This document shows positions 50,501 to 63,338 of a stretch of 64,000 nt of DNA, piece after piece. The notes beneath the pieces are model-generated. The model worked only from the letters and a program-made list of their open reading frames with translations, searched no databases and was not told the DNA's origin. The DNA is from Lineus longissimus. Lineage: Eukaryota. A program made the translations under genes and the position numbers. Numbering within the stretch: the stretch's first letter is position 1; every line of letters begins with the position of its first letter. Location of the stretch: contig NC_088308.1 in assembly GCF_910592395.1 (NCBI RefSeq), positions 1,240,001 through 1,304,000 on the forward strand. The letters run 5' to 3'.

Positions 50501-51095
50501 ACTAACAATCAATTGGTTTACTGAGAAATTTATTCAGTCTTAAAGTACAAGATAAGTATATTTGATAAAAAAACGGAAATTGTGGTCACAATGAAAGCAA
50601 AATTCGAGCGAATAAGATGTGATCCAAAGACAGTCCAATAGAACTGACATGTTTTTGATGGCAGCCGAAGTATAGAAAGGAGTGGTAAAACATTATACAT
50701 TTGGAGCATTAAAAAGCATTGGGCTTACTTCAAACTCTAAGGCATAAGACTAAGAATGTAAAATCCAAGTATGAAGAATTTCCCCGGTGAGTTTGTCGAT
50801 AAAATCTAGTTTTCAGTTTAAACCATCCAGAAATTGAAAAGGCTAACCATAGAGGGACATTCTCTGTGACAGACCACCAAAGCATATTAGATATCAAATA
50901 GAAATGTTTAATGATATAAATTTGCAGTAAACTTTAATCGCATCGGCCCTGTCAAATCACTCAATCAATCAATACAGAACTTGTATAGCGCCAGATCCAC
51001 CATGGAAATGGTGCTCAAGGCGCTGTCCACAGCATCAATCTGATTAATTGACTGTGTTTAAATTCCTTTCTCCAAGATATTTATCAAGGCTTAGG

Positions 51096-54000
51096 TCATG
51101 TTATCCCATGAAGAATATCCACCACAGAATAGCTTTCAAGTATCTCATCAATAAAGCTGCAATGTCGAATGGGAACCTGTAAGTAAAAACAAAAAGTGAG
51201 CCATCTGTTCTTGTAAAGTTTCTTTCATCATTTTAGGTTAGGAAACAGCTGGTATGTTTTTGTTCATTTTCTAATGCATCCGATCATGGCACTCTATACA
51301 GGAACTCCGTAACCATACAAAAGTGGTGGTCACCGGAAATTTAAGTAACTCCATCTTGTTGGTCTTTGGCTGAGGTAAAGATTGTGTATGCTGGCCGCAA
51401 ACCTACCTTGCTCGCCTGATTGAAACTAGTTTTCATGAACTGAACTCCTTGATCTGTCACATCAAAGCCAGACTGTTTACAAGTGTTTATGAGATGATCA
51501 TCATTGCCATACTGTAAGATATTGCTGAGATTACTGATGGGGTAGCGTAGGTTCTTACTATGGAACCCACTTGCCATTATCTTCAGGGCGCCCCTGCAAC
51601 AAAATGTGGAAATCATACAAAGAACAAGAAGACGAACATGAAGAAGAAACAATTTTTTCAAGCATGAAAACTGAATGCAGGAGTTCCTTTCCAAACGTTT
51701 TTCTACGTGTTGATATTCGATGTCATTTCCTCACTATGAAATTATTCCCTTATGCAAAAACACATTACTTCAAAAGCACATGTTGTTCCTTAATGTCAAT
51801 GTTAATCAACAATATACATAGAGACTGTGACTAATGGAAGTTTGTTCCTAGTTCAACACTCACCATTCAAATTGAGCTACTCAACAGACAATTCGAGCTA
51901 CTCAACAGACAATTCGAGCTACTCAACAGACAATTCGAGTTACTCACCACTCAATTCGAGCTACTCAACAGACAATTCGAGCTACTCAACGGACAATTCG
52001 AGTTACTCAACAGACAATTCGAGCTACTCACCACTCAATTTGAGCTACTCAACAGACAATTCGAGCTACTCACCATTCAATTTGAGCTACTCAACAGACA
52101 ATTCGAGCTACTCACCACTCAATTTGAGCAAAATGTCTATGAACGGCTAACATGCCCATGATGTTGAGATTTTTCACCAATCTAAAGAACCTGACGTAAT
52201 TAGAAAGTAGATAGGCTTGGTTGATTGCAAATGCCAACTTCAATTGTTCATTGTTCCTGAAGGAGAAGAGGAGTTCAAATTACATCTTGTTGGGCTATTG
52301 CCTGATCTGTAAACAACTCCTCAGGTAAGAGCCCATTGCAACTAGGAGACATACTTCTCCTGGATGGGATGCTGGTCAATCACAGGATAACTTATCAGAT
52401 GACACTCCAAGGAGGAGAGTAGTAATATCATGTTATGTGTTTTACTGAAGAACAGAGATAGTTTGTGGTCCTGCCTATATCTAACCCACCACATCTTTGC
52501 TGGCCACTCTTACTGGTACCACTGAGCCACTGCTCTACCAGTTGTCCATTTCTAAACTTTTTAAAACTCAGTTGAGGTATAGGTGGTCAATGAGATCCAT
52601 TGTTAGATCAGAGCTGAGACAAAACTCCTGGGGGTATCAGAAATCTTCCTTCACCATATTCTACTCACCGCATTGTCTTACTTAAGGTCAGATAATGATG
52701 CAATGCCTCAGTGTTCCCAAGGTTGTATAAAATGTAAATTGATTCAAATTCTTTTCTGTTCTGGCAGTTGCAGTCTTCCTCCACTTCATAAACTCTTAGA
52801 AGCCGTTTCAGACTTTCTTGTACGTGAGTGTCATTTATTTTCGTATCAAAATTTAGTTGGGGCTCCATTGCAAGTCTGGAATATCAAAAAAATGTCAAAG
52901 AAGTGGTGCTAGATTGAGGTTTGTGGAGAAAGTCCCATCACACAATCATTTCGTGTCTAAACATCATGTTGACCTGCTACAGGGTATTACAGGAATTCTA
53001 TAAAAATTGTCAGGATCTGAAGGGTCAACACAGACAAATTTATCCCTGTTGCAACTTCAGTCAATGACTAAAACTGTTCAAGAATATTCAGGTTTTGATT
53101 CTACAGTTTCTGAGAGGGCGATAACCACAGTTACCCAGATTTGATCATAGCCAGTTACTTCAATATGCAAAATTGTGCATTTTCACAGATTAGGATTTAC
53201 AGACTCTCACCGATAACTTGAAAAGATATGGAATCTAATGACTTTCTCGAGAATCTCCACCAGTGGTGACCCGTGTATCCGCTGAATGACAGCATCCTGT
53301 CTCACAGCTCGTAATCTGTCAAACACATACTCATAAACCATGGTCCACCCCCCATCATCTTTTGAGGAAATGCTGAAAAAGGCAAGGAGTCAGTGTATAG
53401 TAAGTAGATGTAGAGTGTGAAAACGGTTTTAATTCACTTGCCTGCAATAGTCATCTTTTATTAAGCTCTCCGGTCTTATTGCCTCTTGGTGTTACTTTCT
53501 CCAGGAACAAGGGGACCCAAAAGGTGTGGAGACAGCAGCCCTCGATTGGTGATATGGCAACAGTATGCGTAGGTGAGGTCTTTTCAGTCCATCAATGAAA
53601 GCAGTTTCGACAAGAGATACTATGACAGGGTGTAGCCATCTAAAGGAATGCTAAGCTTGGAAATAACATTGAAGGACCAGTACTAGGTAAACTGAAATGT
53701 TGACTTACTTGTCAATAAGATAGTTGACAGTTTTAACTAAAACTGGGGCAGGTCTCAGATCACCTGGATGAGGTCCACGTTTCCCTGCAGCAGGACGACT
53801 ATAGCTTTTCACAGTTTTGCCTCGGTCACCCGGAGGTCTGAAACAGCAGATGAGATATCAGGTAAATTGGAAGGGGTGTTTGTATAAGTCGCAGATACTA
53901 TTGCCATGATGAACAACTTTGATTAGGACATGTCAGATTGCTTGTAAAAACACTCAAACACTCTGTGAGTGTTTTTAAGAGCAATCCAAAGACCTGCTTG

Positions 54001-54585
54001 AGGCTGCTACGGAAAGATCAACATAATGTGCTCTACAGTATTCTTCTCAGTAAGTCCTTTGAATGTTACTGCTAGAATGGCACTTTCAGTGGCAATCACG
54101 TCTCCCTGGTTGATATTCATTCCAAAACAGTAAGACATGCCAATAGCCCCTTTAAATGTTAACCCACCTTTTTGTTCTGTGAGAAGTTTTCTGGACTTCA
54201 AATGGATGAAGTAAACCCTCTCTTTCTCTCCTGAAAATGGAACAAGTATCACATCAAAGGATACACATTCAAAGTGAAACCCTCCGAAAATGACTACCGG
54301 TAATTACATCCTACATAGATTCTACTCATAAATGCAAAGAAGCAACAAAAACCTTTCCTACCATACTGTTTTCCTTATCAATATGGTTGATTGCTCCATG
54401 CTTTCTAATCTGGGTGTGAACACTACTGTTGGTCTATGCCAGGATATTTTTCTTACATAACTTGACAGAATCAAATTTCAAAGAGATCATAAGGTTAAAT
54501 TAAGATATAAAGAAACTTACAAAGAAAACTCCTTTTCAGGACACATGGTTTGACATGTGCCCGATATTGTTTGGTTTTCACCCAT
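51096..54585 (-). CDS. SAC3D1: SAC3 domain-containing protein 1 (SAC3/GANP family), ~344 aa
   Basis: Exons 54585-54521, 54230-54168, 53837-53709, 53372-53211, 52875-52669, 52256-52116, 51593-51407, 51176-51096. Motifs GTCQTMCPEKE..REREGLLHPFE, VKSYSRPAAG..DLRPAPVLVKTVNYL, FDRLRAVRQD, NYVRFFRL; short form without GANP extensions. Confidence 0.9.
51855..52129. repeat. 21-bp minisatellite (~13 units) overlapping a SAC3D1 exon/intron junction
   Basis: aattcgagctactcaacagac / aatttgagctactcaccactc units. Confidence 0.95.
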
Positions 54586-54899
54586 TCCAATGATGAGGTC
54601 AAGGATTCTGGATAGCTACAATGAAGCCTGTGGCAGTGCTTTTTGTTGGAAAACTGCAAGAAATTGTTCGGAAAATTTTCAATATTGCAAAAATTAGGAG
54701 TCTGACAGAAGTACCAAAAGGTGCGTAGGAATATATCATCTTAAATGTTTATAAAATCCATAACTGTGTAAATTATCACACTAATCACGATAATTATGCA
54801 TTATTCAGGGTCATAATAAACATTTGAATCCATTTATTAGCTAGATTTTTGCCAAAACGTCAAAGATTGCTGGTACTCATTTTTGTTGTGGAGGAAACT

Positions 54900-54997
54900 C
54901 ACTGTGTGAGCAGGTTTTACTTCCGGGTTGTCGCAAAATCCAAGCAAATTCCCCAAGTTAGTCTCGATATTTTCTCATCGATCGAAAGCAAGTCAAC
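54900..54997. promoter_or_regulatory. Putative bidirectional promoter SAC3D1 / caspase
   Basis: Head-to-head genes with start codons ~410 bp apart; ETS-type ACTTCCGG at ~54919-54926; local CpG retention. Confidence 0.5.
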
Positions 54998-57900
54998 ATG
55001 GAAGGTAAAAATAATATCTAGATGTATCAGTCACTAACCCTCCTTCCCTCTTCCCACCCCCTCACAATCATTGATCAATGTATTATGCAGTTTGGTCTTT
55101 TGCAAGTTTTGGTCTTTGTTACATTTTGACTTTTTTGTCGGAACTCGGATGACTGAGTTGTGTCGTTCACTTTCTCTTTTAACATATGATGTTCAGATGC
55201 AGAGATCATATGTATATAGAAGTAGTCAGTGTTAGTTTATGCTGCACCAAAGCCTTACAGATGAAATCAATGAGATAGATACTAGAGTGATAGACGTTTA
55301 GAAACTTGGTATCACAGGCAGGGAGGATTTTTCTTCCTAGGGCTAGGCCCCGGAGACGTTCTCTGCCCTTGCCGGACCTTGACTTGACCATATTAACCCA
55401 TATTTTGTGTCAAGTCCCTGTGGTATACATGGGGTAGGCCTAGACAAGAACCCAGCTAGTGCCACACGACTTGGCACAGTCGGCACTTTCCCAATGTATT
55501 GACCTATGGACCTGACTCCTGAGAGAACCACAACACATTGAACTGGATGCCACAAGAAACCAAGAATCATGTTCAGTGCTGGGCAATATAAAAAAGCACC
55601 AGGATCATTCAATTAAAAAACATATAGGCTACACAAAATACTTCGCAGAATCTTCCAGTAGTTGAAGGAGGACTTGTAAGAAAGAAGACAGATTGTTTTA
55701 GGTTGGCTACTGTCATTTTACGGTAATACCCATTTTACAGTCGACTTGAGGTCAATACCACCAACCATGACTGACAGGGACTTTTTTACTCAATCTGAGA
55801 GGTCTTTTGTCTCTTATGGAATCCCTTCAAAATAGTCCCTGGAGTGGTGTCAGTTTAACCCTGATGAATTAAGACATATTTTGTTATTTTGCAGGAAAGA
55901 AAGTTACTGTTGATGCCCAAAAGCATCTTGAAGCGTAAGTTTAATTTCAGTTTAAAATATAGGCCTCAGATCAGCTACTGGGTTCTATCAGGATGCACAT
56001 TATTGGTAATTATTCATAAAATCTGTTACATAAAAGGGTTTTTTACTTTCTTAACCCAGTTTCTCAGGCAAGCCTGCCTAATAAGCCCGCCCTATTTCTA
56101 GACAAGCTTGGTAACTTATCCCCTCTCATGATATTAGTGTCCCTAATTAGTTTGCTTGACACAAGTTGATCGTTAAGCATAGTACGATATCTTGCTTTAT
56201 TTCAACTGCCAGACAGAAAACTGCATCAGATATTTTCTCATTACAGGAAAGAGGTCCCAAAGAGAAAAGTTGATCCTCTGGTTCACAATTTGAACATCAA
56301 TTATGACTTCTCCCATCCTCGGCGAGGATTGGCTGTTGTAATCAACATGAGGTACTTTGATTTCCGTTCCACTCACCAGAAAGAGAGAGAGGGCACAGAT
56401 GAGGATGCACAGGCTATTGTCGAGAGGCTGCTGAGGCTAGGTTTTGACGTGAGAAGATATGATGATCTGACACGAAGGGATATAAGTCTTCTCATGGATG
56501 ATTGTAAGTTGATTGATCTTGGAAGGCCAACTGCGTTTGTTCAAATTGAATTAAAAAATCTGTCATTGTGTAAATTCATTCTGGATATAAATTTCAACAA
56601 TGCCTTTGTATTGACTGATTTATCAATACTATAAATGCCAAGATCCAGCAAATTTGCATGCATGATAACTGCACTATGGCACTGCTTTCCCTATTCGCCG
56701 AAGCCCCAAGAAAATACATATGAACAGAAGTGGCAAAGGCCTTGATAATTACATGCATAAAAAGTCTTGATTTTGTGGGACTTCATTTCAATCATGTAGC
56801 ATGAGAATATATCCGAGTTTACTGTAGTTTCTCAAGAGTCTAAGTAGACACACTTCAACAATCGATACACATTTTGTTCATATCTTTATAGTGGCCAAAG
56901 AAGACCACTCAGATGCCGACTGCTTTGTTTGTGTGTTCCTAAGCCATGGTAAAGAAGGCCGTGTATATGCCTATGATGGAACCGTCTACATTGAGACCTT
57001 ACTCGCTAATTTCAAGGGAGATGTTTGTCCAGCTTTAGCTGGGAAACCAAAGTTGTTTTTCATACAGGTATTTTGATAATTTTTCTGTTTCACTTTCGGT
57101 ATAGGGTCAGTTACATGTCCACATTGCTCTCAATTGGGAGCAGAAGATTGTGACTCTGTATCTACCTTTGTATGGCCCAATAAAGAGGTTTGTTAACAAC
57201 TGTACAAACACTGCTGACCCATTAACTTGAATCAAAGGGCAAGGCAGGTTTTGCATGGATGCTATATTTAGCACAAGACCCTAAACTCACTTTTCTTTCT
57301 TTAAGGCGTGCCGTGGTTCTAGGTTCATGCATGGTGTGGTAGTTGCCGATAGCTATGAAGATGGAGAAGACGTTACAGATGCTGCAGCTGAGACGACACG
57401 GAATATTCCAACGGAAGCCGACTTCTTGATTTCTTACTCAACAGTTCCTGGTAAGTGAACATTTGTCATTGCACTTTGAACCATTATACATGTACATGTC
57501 TTACATCCTTAAGCTATGGACTTGATGATCATGTTCCTTGCATTCCATGCAACTGTGCCCGCTGAAGAAAATAGGTCAGATTGAGAAGGGAGATCAGAGG
57601 CAAAGTGGTTAGCATGGCGGGCTCATAATCAGGAGGTTAAGTGTCTGACTTTTGGAAATTTCAGCACGTTGTCATTAAGCATGCAACTAAAACTACATGG
57701 CTTTGTGCTTCGATGTAAAATGTTTTTAGGTGTGGATTATTGTGCCTGACATGGCAGACTGAAATTTGAATTTGATGAAACTGTTTCATGGTGATTTTCT
57801 CTCTCGTTGTAGGTTACTTCTCGTGGAGAAACAACGAGGACGGGTCATGGTTCATTCAAGCTCTCTGCCGAGTGATCGACGATGTTGGAACTACTGCGGA

Positions 57901-58099
57901 ACTTATGCAGATGATGACATATGTGAATCGTATCGTTGCTTATGAGTTTGCGTCATGCACCGACCACGAGTGGACCGACAACATGAAACAGATTCCAGCC
58001 ATTGAAACACGACTCACCAAATTTGTCTACTTCCATCCCAAGAAGGTGACGAGCAATTCATTGGAGCATTATCCGTCTAGGTTTTTCCCAAGGTCTTAG
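54998..58099 (+). CDS. Effector caspase (caspase-3/6/7 family, short prodomain), ~303 aa
   Basis: Exons 54998-55004, 55895-55934, 56247-56503, 56892-57067, 57306-57450, 57813-58099. Catalytic FLSHG and KPKLFFIQACRG, ADFLISYST.PGYFSWRN..GSWFIQALC; candidate cleavage sites TVDA and DVTDA. The first two micro-exons are less certain. Confidence 0.93.
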
Positions 58100-59785
58100 C
58101 TATTTGGATGCATTAGCAGCCGCTTTCATCTAAGATTTGAGACAGGCTGTTTGAAAACTGCCATAGCTTGATAAGGCTGTAGGGCTGCTGCACACATTCC
58201 TCAGATAAAGCTTTTTTCTGTATGCTTGCGCAAAGATTTCCACATTTAGAAATACGTGTAGTTTCAATCTCAACAGCTGAAGTTTGAATACATGATTATT
58301 TTCAATTACAAAAACATATAGAAATAAGGCCATTGATTTTTAGTTCTAACAGTCTCTAAAAAGAGACTGGAGGGCTTGTTGGTGGGATTACAACTGTATG
58401 ATGAATGAGAGTGGTCCCTCTGCTGACTGATTCCTTGCTTAAATTTTGGGGTAAAAGTTATCACTTGATCTCAAAATTGGTATACAGAATGCCGTGTGTA
58501 AGATCTGTTGAGTATGAGGACAGGTGATCTATAGTTGCTTTAGTTATAAATGATTGAATACATTGCAGTCAATGTAATTGCTATTGTGCTTTGTAAATTC
58601 ATGTATTTTCATATAGATTTCATATAATCGTTTATTGGATGTACTGTACATGTATCCGTGATATAGATTTTTATATATTTTATAAAGGACATACCGGGTA
58701 TTCCTTTTGATAGTGTTTTGTTGTTTTGATTCAATCAATGGGGCTATCATCCAGTCATGTAATCTTAGCTATGTTTGAAAACCACAGCAGTGGTAGCTAT
58801 ATGATGTGTCCTGATGACATCTGATATGGTTCCAAGATGCACCATAAGCTTTATACTCTGCCCTCACAGATTAGCTTAGTTCATATCCCTTCAAAGGTGA
58901 AAGCCACATTCCGTCTGTAAATGTTACGATTGTTTGGCACGATGGCCGTAGGAAGTCGGAACCAATTTAAATCATTGTAGTAATTCGTAAGAGGATCACA
59001 TCAAATCTAATAACATATTAGCTTTTGCTATGATACCACTGTTGTCAGTTCATTTAATCAAATGCCATACATGTACTTAGTTTTTTCATGTTTTACAGTT
59101 AATTTTTCGGTGCTGATTTATATCAGTCTTATACTGTCATTATGACTACTTTATCAATTTAGGTGGGCTAGTCTTGGCTTTGTTTTTATGCAACATATAC
59201 AGTTTGCTTATGTTTATTTATTTCAATGTCAAAATGTATCCCCTGAATCCTATTGAAGAATGGACTAGGGCAGTGCATAGTGCAATATCAAAGCCATGTT
59301 TGAGTGAAAGTTTCCGCCATAGGCTTATGTGTCTTCTCCTTATATATCTGTAAAACACACTTCTGGTTCAGGTCCAAGTTTTCAAAACAATGTGAACAAG
59401 ACATAGCCACTATGTATCTTGTAGTGAGCTAGTGAACTAGTAAACAAAGTTAATCCATGCGTTTTGAAGAGCCTGGCTTCGAATGAGTGTTTGAATTAGA
59501 AATCCATGATATAGAATTGTCATAATAATCCAGATGTTAACCTTCTGCACAACGAAGTTTAGAGAGAGAATAAAGTCTTTCAGCTATCTAATGTATTGTT
59601 CAAGCGTCTTTTGTTTGTTTCCCCGTCTCCTCGCCACATATCAAATATAATAGAGAATCAGTCCTGGCTGCTCCACCGTGATGCCAACATGGTGAGAGAG
59701 ATGAGACAGTCGCAGCCAGGCCAGTCATGTCTCTGACAGTCGTCCTACAAATGAGTGTTCAATAAATCCGAGAAACTTCATGAGG

Positions 59786-62216
59786 TTATCTTTGGAGAAT
59801 TTTCTCCACAATGTCCACGATTGCTTGTCGTGTGGAAGACTGAGGAAAGAGGTCGATGAAACTTTTTCCATCCTCCAGACTCTGTGTAAGCTGTGGATCA
59901 AGGGGGATGCATCCTGGAGAAAAGAAAGTATGTGTAGGCCCAAGGCAGAGAAAACAATGCATACAAGTTTATTTTCACAGGTTTCTTCATAAAGTCTGTT
60001 ATGAATATTCAGATTTACAATCTGACTAAAGCTCACTGTAGCAGATCCAGTATGACTGTGAACCAGACCATGTAACATCTGAATTGTCTATTCTACTTGG
60101 GATGGTCAATCACTCAAGCAAACCAAATGCACTGGCTGCCAAATAGAGCCCATACACTCACCTAAGAAAGGCACTTTTCCTTGCTCAGCTAACAGTTCGC
60201 CACCGCCCTTTGAGAACACATTCGTACATTCCTAAAATTTAAAAGAAAATGATTGAGAATCTACATTTGTAAAGGGGGCATTTGCCTGCAATTCTATTTG
60301 AAGATCTTCATCATATCTAACTGCACATGTACATGTTATGTACAGAAGGGAAACAACAATCAAACTTTGATTGAGCATCTCAATGAAGGACAGCCCCATC
60401 ACTCTCAAATACTCTGACAGCACAAGTCTTCTTTATTCATCCTGTACATAAAACTGACTTGGAGCCCTCCCACCACTTTCAAATCCTGAGTTCTGCCCTG
60501 AGCAGCATACTTACTGAACAGTGGGAACAAACAAAGCCACTCATATTCTCCACAATGCCAATCACAGGTATTCGAGTCTTCTTACAGAATGTTAGTTCTC
60601 TTCTCACGTCACCAACTGCCACTGCCTGGAAACAGCATCAAAATGAATGGTATGGTTTCATAACTTGGCCAGTTTAGATTGATACTACCAATTACCACTT
60701 CACTGAATGCTTACCACATCAAGTAAACAGAAGAGCTAAATGAGTAGACATAGGCTGACCATAGCAGAGCAGTGGCTCATACCTGAGGTGTTGTGACAAG
60801 AATAGCACCATCTGGATTACACTTTTTGATATTTTCCACCACAGTGATATGTTCATCGGACGTTCCTGGAGGAGTGTCGATAACTAAGTAGTCGAGATCT
60901 CTCCAATAGACATCTTCTATGAATTGTTTGATCATGGCTGAAAACCAGAGAAGAAAGTTAATTACATGAGGTGCACCTGCTTGTTGCACATCACTAGCTG
61001 AAAATGTTTCATCACCAAGAAGCTTCAGGTTTTTGCTTTTAGTAATAAGAAGCTATTGCATACGATTCACCTATGTCATCGTAGCCTATGCTGTCACTCA
61101 TGCAGGTAGCTTACCATTCTTCTTTGGTCCCCTCCAAATAACAGCTTCATCTTTTGATGATAAGAGGAATCCTATAGACATGACACCAACCTGTTGGTCC
61201 TTATCGGCAAACACTGGAACCCAGCTGGAGGATGAGAGAGATAGATGTGATTTGAGTGACTGATATTCTCCCACCTGCTGAATGTTAATCCAATAATTTA
61301 GAGTGGGATCCAAAGGAATTGGTCACTCATATAGTGTTTACTTGCAATTGACCAGAGAATGTTTTTTGAAACTTACCAGCAAACCACTGGGATGCACTAG
61401 TACGTGCTAATGAGAGAAGTCAAGTGTTAACTTCTCAGGCTTCTCAACATAGAAACGGACCTACCCATCTGGACACTGGTGAACATCCTGGTTTTCAACA
61501 TTGAACATCCGTGGTATACTTGGGCCACAAAGGTCAACATCAAGGATCCCTACCTATAATAGATGATAAGAGAATATTTTCATGTTGTTGTTATCATATC
61601 AAGGATGTGATGGTGACAAGCAGTTAGCTTTGGTGTACAATGACACTTAGTTTGAGATCAAAGGATTATGCGTTACTTTTAATCTTGTCACTATGTTTCA
61701 AATTGAGATTACTAGAAGATTAGAAGATAGACTTGTATTAACATGAAACTGGACTACTAGTACTCTTTTTGTTTATGCTAACCTTCTTTCCTGCCTGCTT
61801 TAGCCCAAGGACAAGCTGTGTAGCGAATGTGCTCTTTCCAACTCCACCTTTCCCTGACAACACCAGGATGACATGCTTCACACTTGCCAGGTTATTACGG
61901 GGTGCAGCACTTTCTGTTTCTGGAAAAAATATAAAGTAACATTCATGTCATATTTGTTTAGTACATGTAGATGCCGCCAGATGGTAGGTGAGGTTGTGAC
62001 TGTACATTTTACTAAGGCTATCCTATAGGTATAAATTGGAGTGGAAACACACAAATATCAAATAGTATGATTCCTTTGAAGTTATGTGATTGTGATTGTC
62101 TAATGTATTTTTACGTGTTAAGTAGATCGAGAAGTATAATCAAGTCCCTGCAATGACAGGATTGCATAAATATTGAAGAAAAATAGAAAATCATGTTTAC
62201 CCATGGTCGCAGCCAT
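59786..62216 (-). CDS. NUBP2: Cytosolic Fe-S cluster assembly factor NUBP2/Cfd1, 271 aa
   Basis: Exons 62216-62201, 61919-61783, 61553-61465, 61224-61115, 60937-60783, 60625-60515, 60231-60162, 59913-59786. [47 protein letters not shown]; lacks the N-terminal Cys cluster of NUBP1. Confidence 0.96.
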
Positions 62217-62259
62217 ATTGAATCTCGCGAGTAGTCGCGAGAAGTGAGCCAGGATGCCG

Positions 62260-62461
62260 CTAAACAGCGTCCACCAGCGTCCACCAGGTTTAAACGAATT
62301 ATTTACAGTCAACAAAATAAAAACCAAATATCATGAAATTTTTAGGAAATGTGTTTTATGGTGTACTTATTACGTTTATGGCTACTAAATTTTATTTTGA
62401 TGACTTTATACCTGACTTTAAACCTGGTGGACGCTGGTGGACGCTGGTTGACGCCGTTTAG
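62260..62461. mobile_element. Inverted-repeat (MITE-like) element in the NUBP2 / MXRA7-like intergenic promoter
   Basis: ctaaacagcgtccaccagcgtccaccaggtttaaa ... tttaaacctggtggacgctggtggacgctgg..gtttag around an AT-rich core; no clean TSD. Confidence 0.65.
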
Positions 62462-62524
62462 GATGACTGCGAGAAGTACTAAAGTGACCTTGACCGGTTG
62501 GAAGTTCGGATTTTTTGGTGAAAA

Positions 62525-63338
62525 ATGAATGAAATATCGGCGATTTTAGACACTTTAATGGACGAGAATGTCCTCTATACTCTTTCAATCGTGGCGGTAT
62601 CATCTATAGCTACTATTGGTGCCGTTTTTGCTGGTTACAAAGTTGTATTTCGGAAGAAAGAAGATCGTTTATTGGCGTCGCCTGCTAACGACGCTGGTTC
62701 AACATGCCCAACCATGACCACTGGAAAACGGCTGCAAGGCCAAGGACATGAAGGAGGAGCAGTAAAGCATAGCAAATGCGATGGTGTAAAGAAGTCCGCT
62801 CAAAAGGATGAAGGGGAAAATGCTGTTGATGATGGCGAGTATGGGCAGCCAGTATATATAGGCCTAAAGTTGGAGATTTTCATTCATTCAATCAATGCAA
62901 TACTCACCATGCTCGCTGCAGTGCATGGGTCTGCAGTACACATTGCAGCATACTTTTTTTCGGGTTACTGTTTAATGTCTATTTATTACTTGTCATTCCC
63001 TATCATTATGTTATTGCAGTTCTGTGAATGTGTTTGTACTGTGTATTTCAGGTTTTTCTGAAGAAGATGAACCCCCAGCACTCGTATCTGCCAATCAAGA
63101 ACCAGACAGGGATCCTTTTGAATACTGTGAGCATATTCAGGGTGAAGTGAAGAAGATCAGACAAAACCTTGCCACAAAGAAAATCCAGGAGGCCATGACA
63201 CAAGATCAGATTGACGAGGAACGTGATGCTCAAAGAAAGCAGCTGGAGGCAATATTCTCTATGATGGCAGAGGAAAATGATAAATTTGGCATTCAGTCCC
63301 TTGACGATATTCAAACCCAGATGGGTCTGTATGTCTGA
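62525..63338 (+). CDS. MXRA7: MXRA7-like protein (N-terminal TM helix, C-terminal MXRA7 helical domain), ~198 aa
   Basis: Exons 62525-62834 and 63052-63338 (GC-AG intron inferred). Hydrophobic LYTLSIVAVSSIATIGAVFAGY; C-terminal MTQDQIDEERDAQRKQLEAIFSMMAEENDKFG..DDIQTQMGLY resembles MXRA7. Confidence 0.75.

Noticed and set aside
51827..52150. Plus-strand ORF with SSYSTDN repeats
   Set aside because: Translation of the 21-bp minisatellite antisense to SAC3D1; no splice or promoter support.
52165..52180. Apparent frameshift in SAC3D1 exon 6
   Set aside because: Recounting the T-run (5 T) gives an intact frame VKNLNIMGM.
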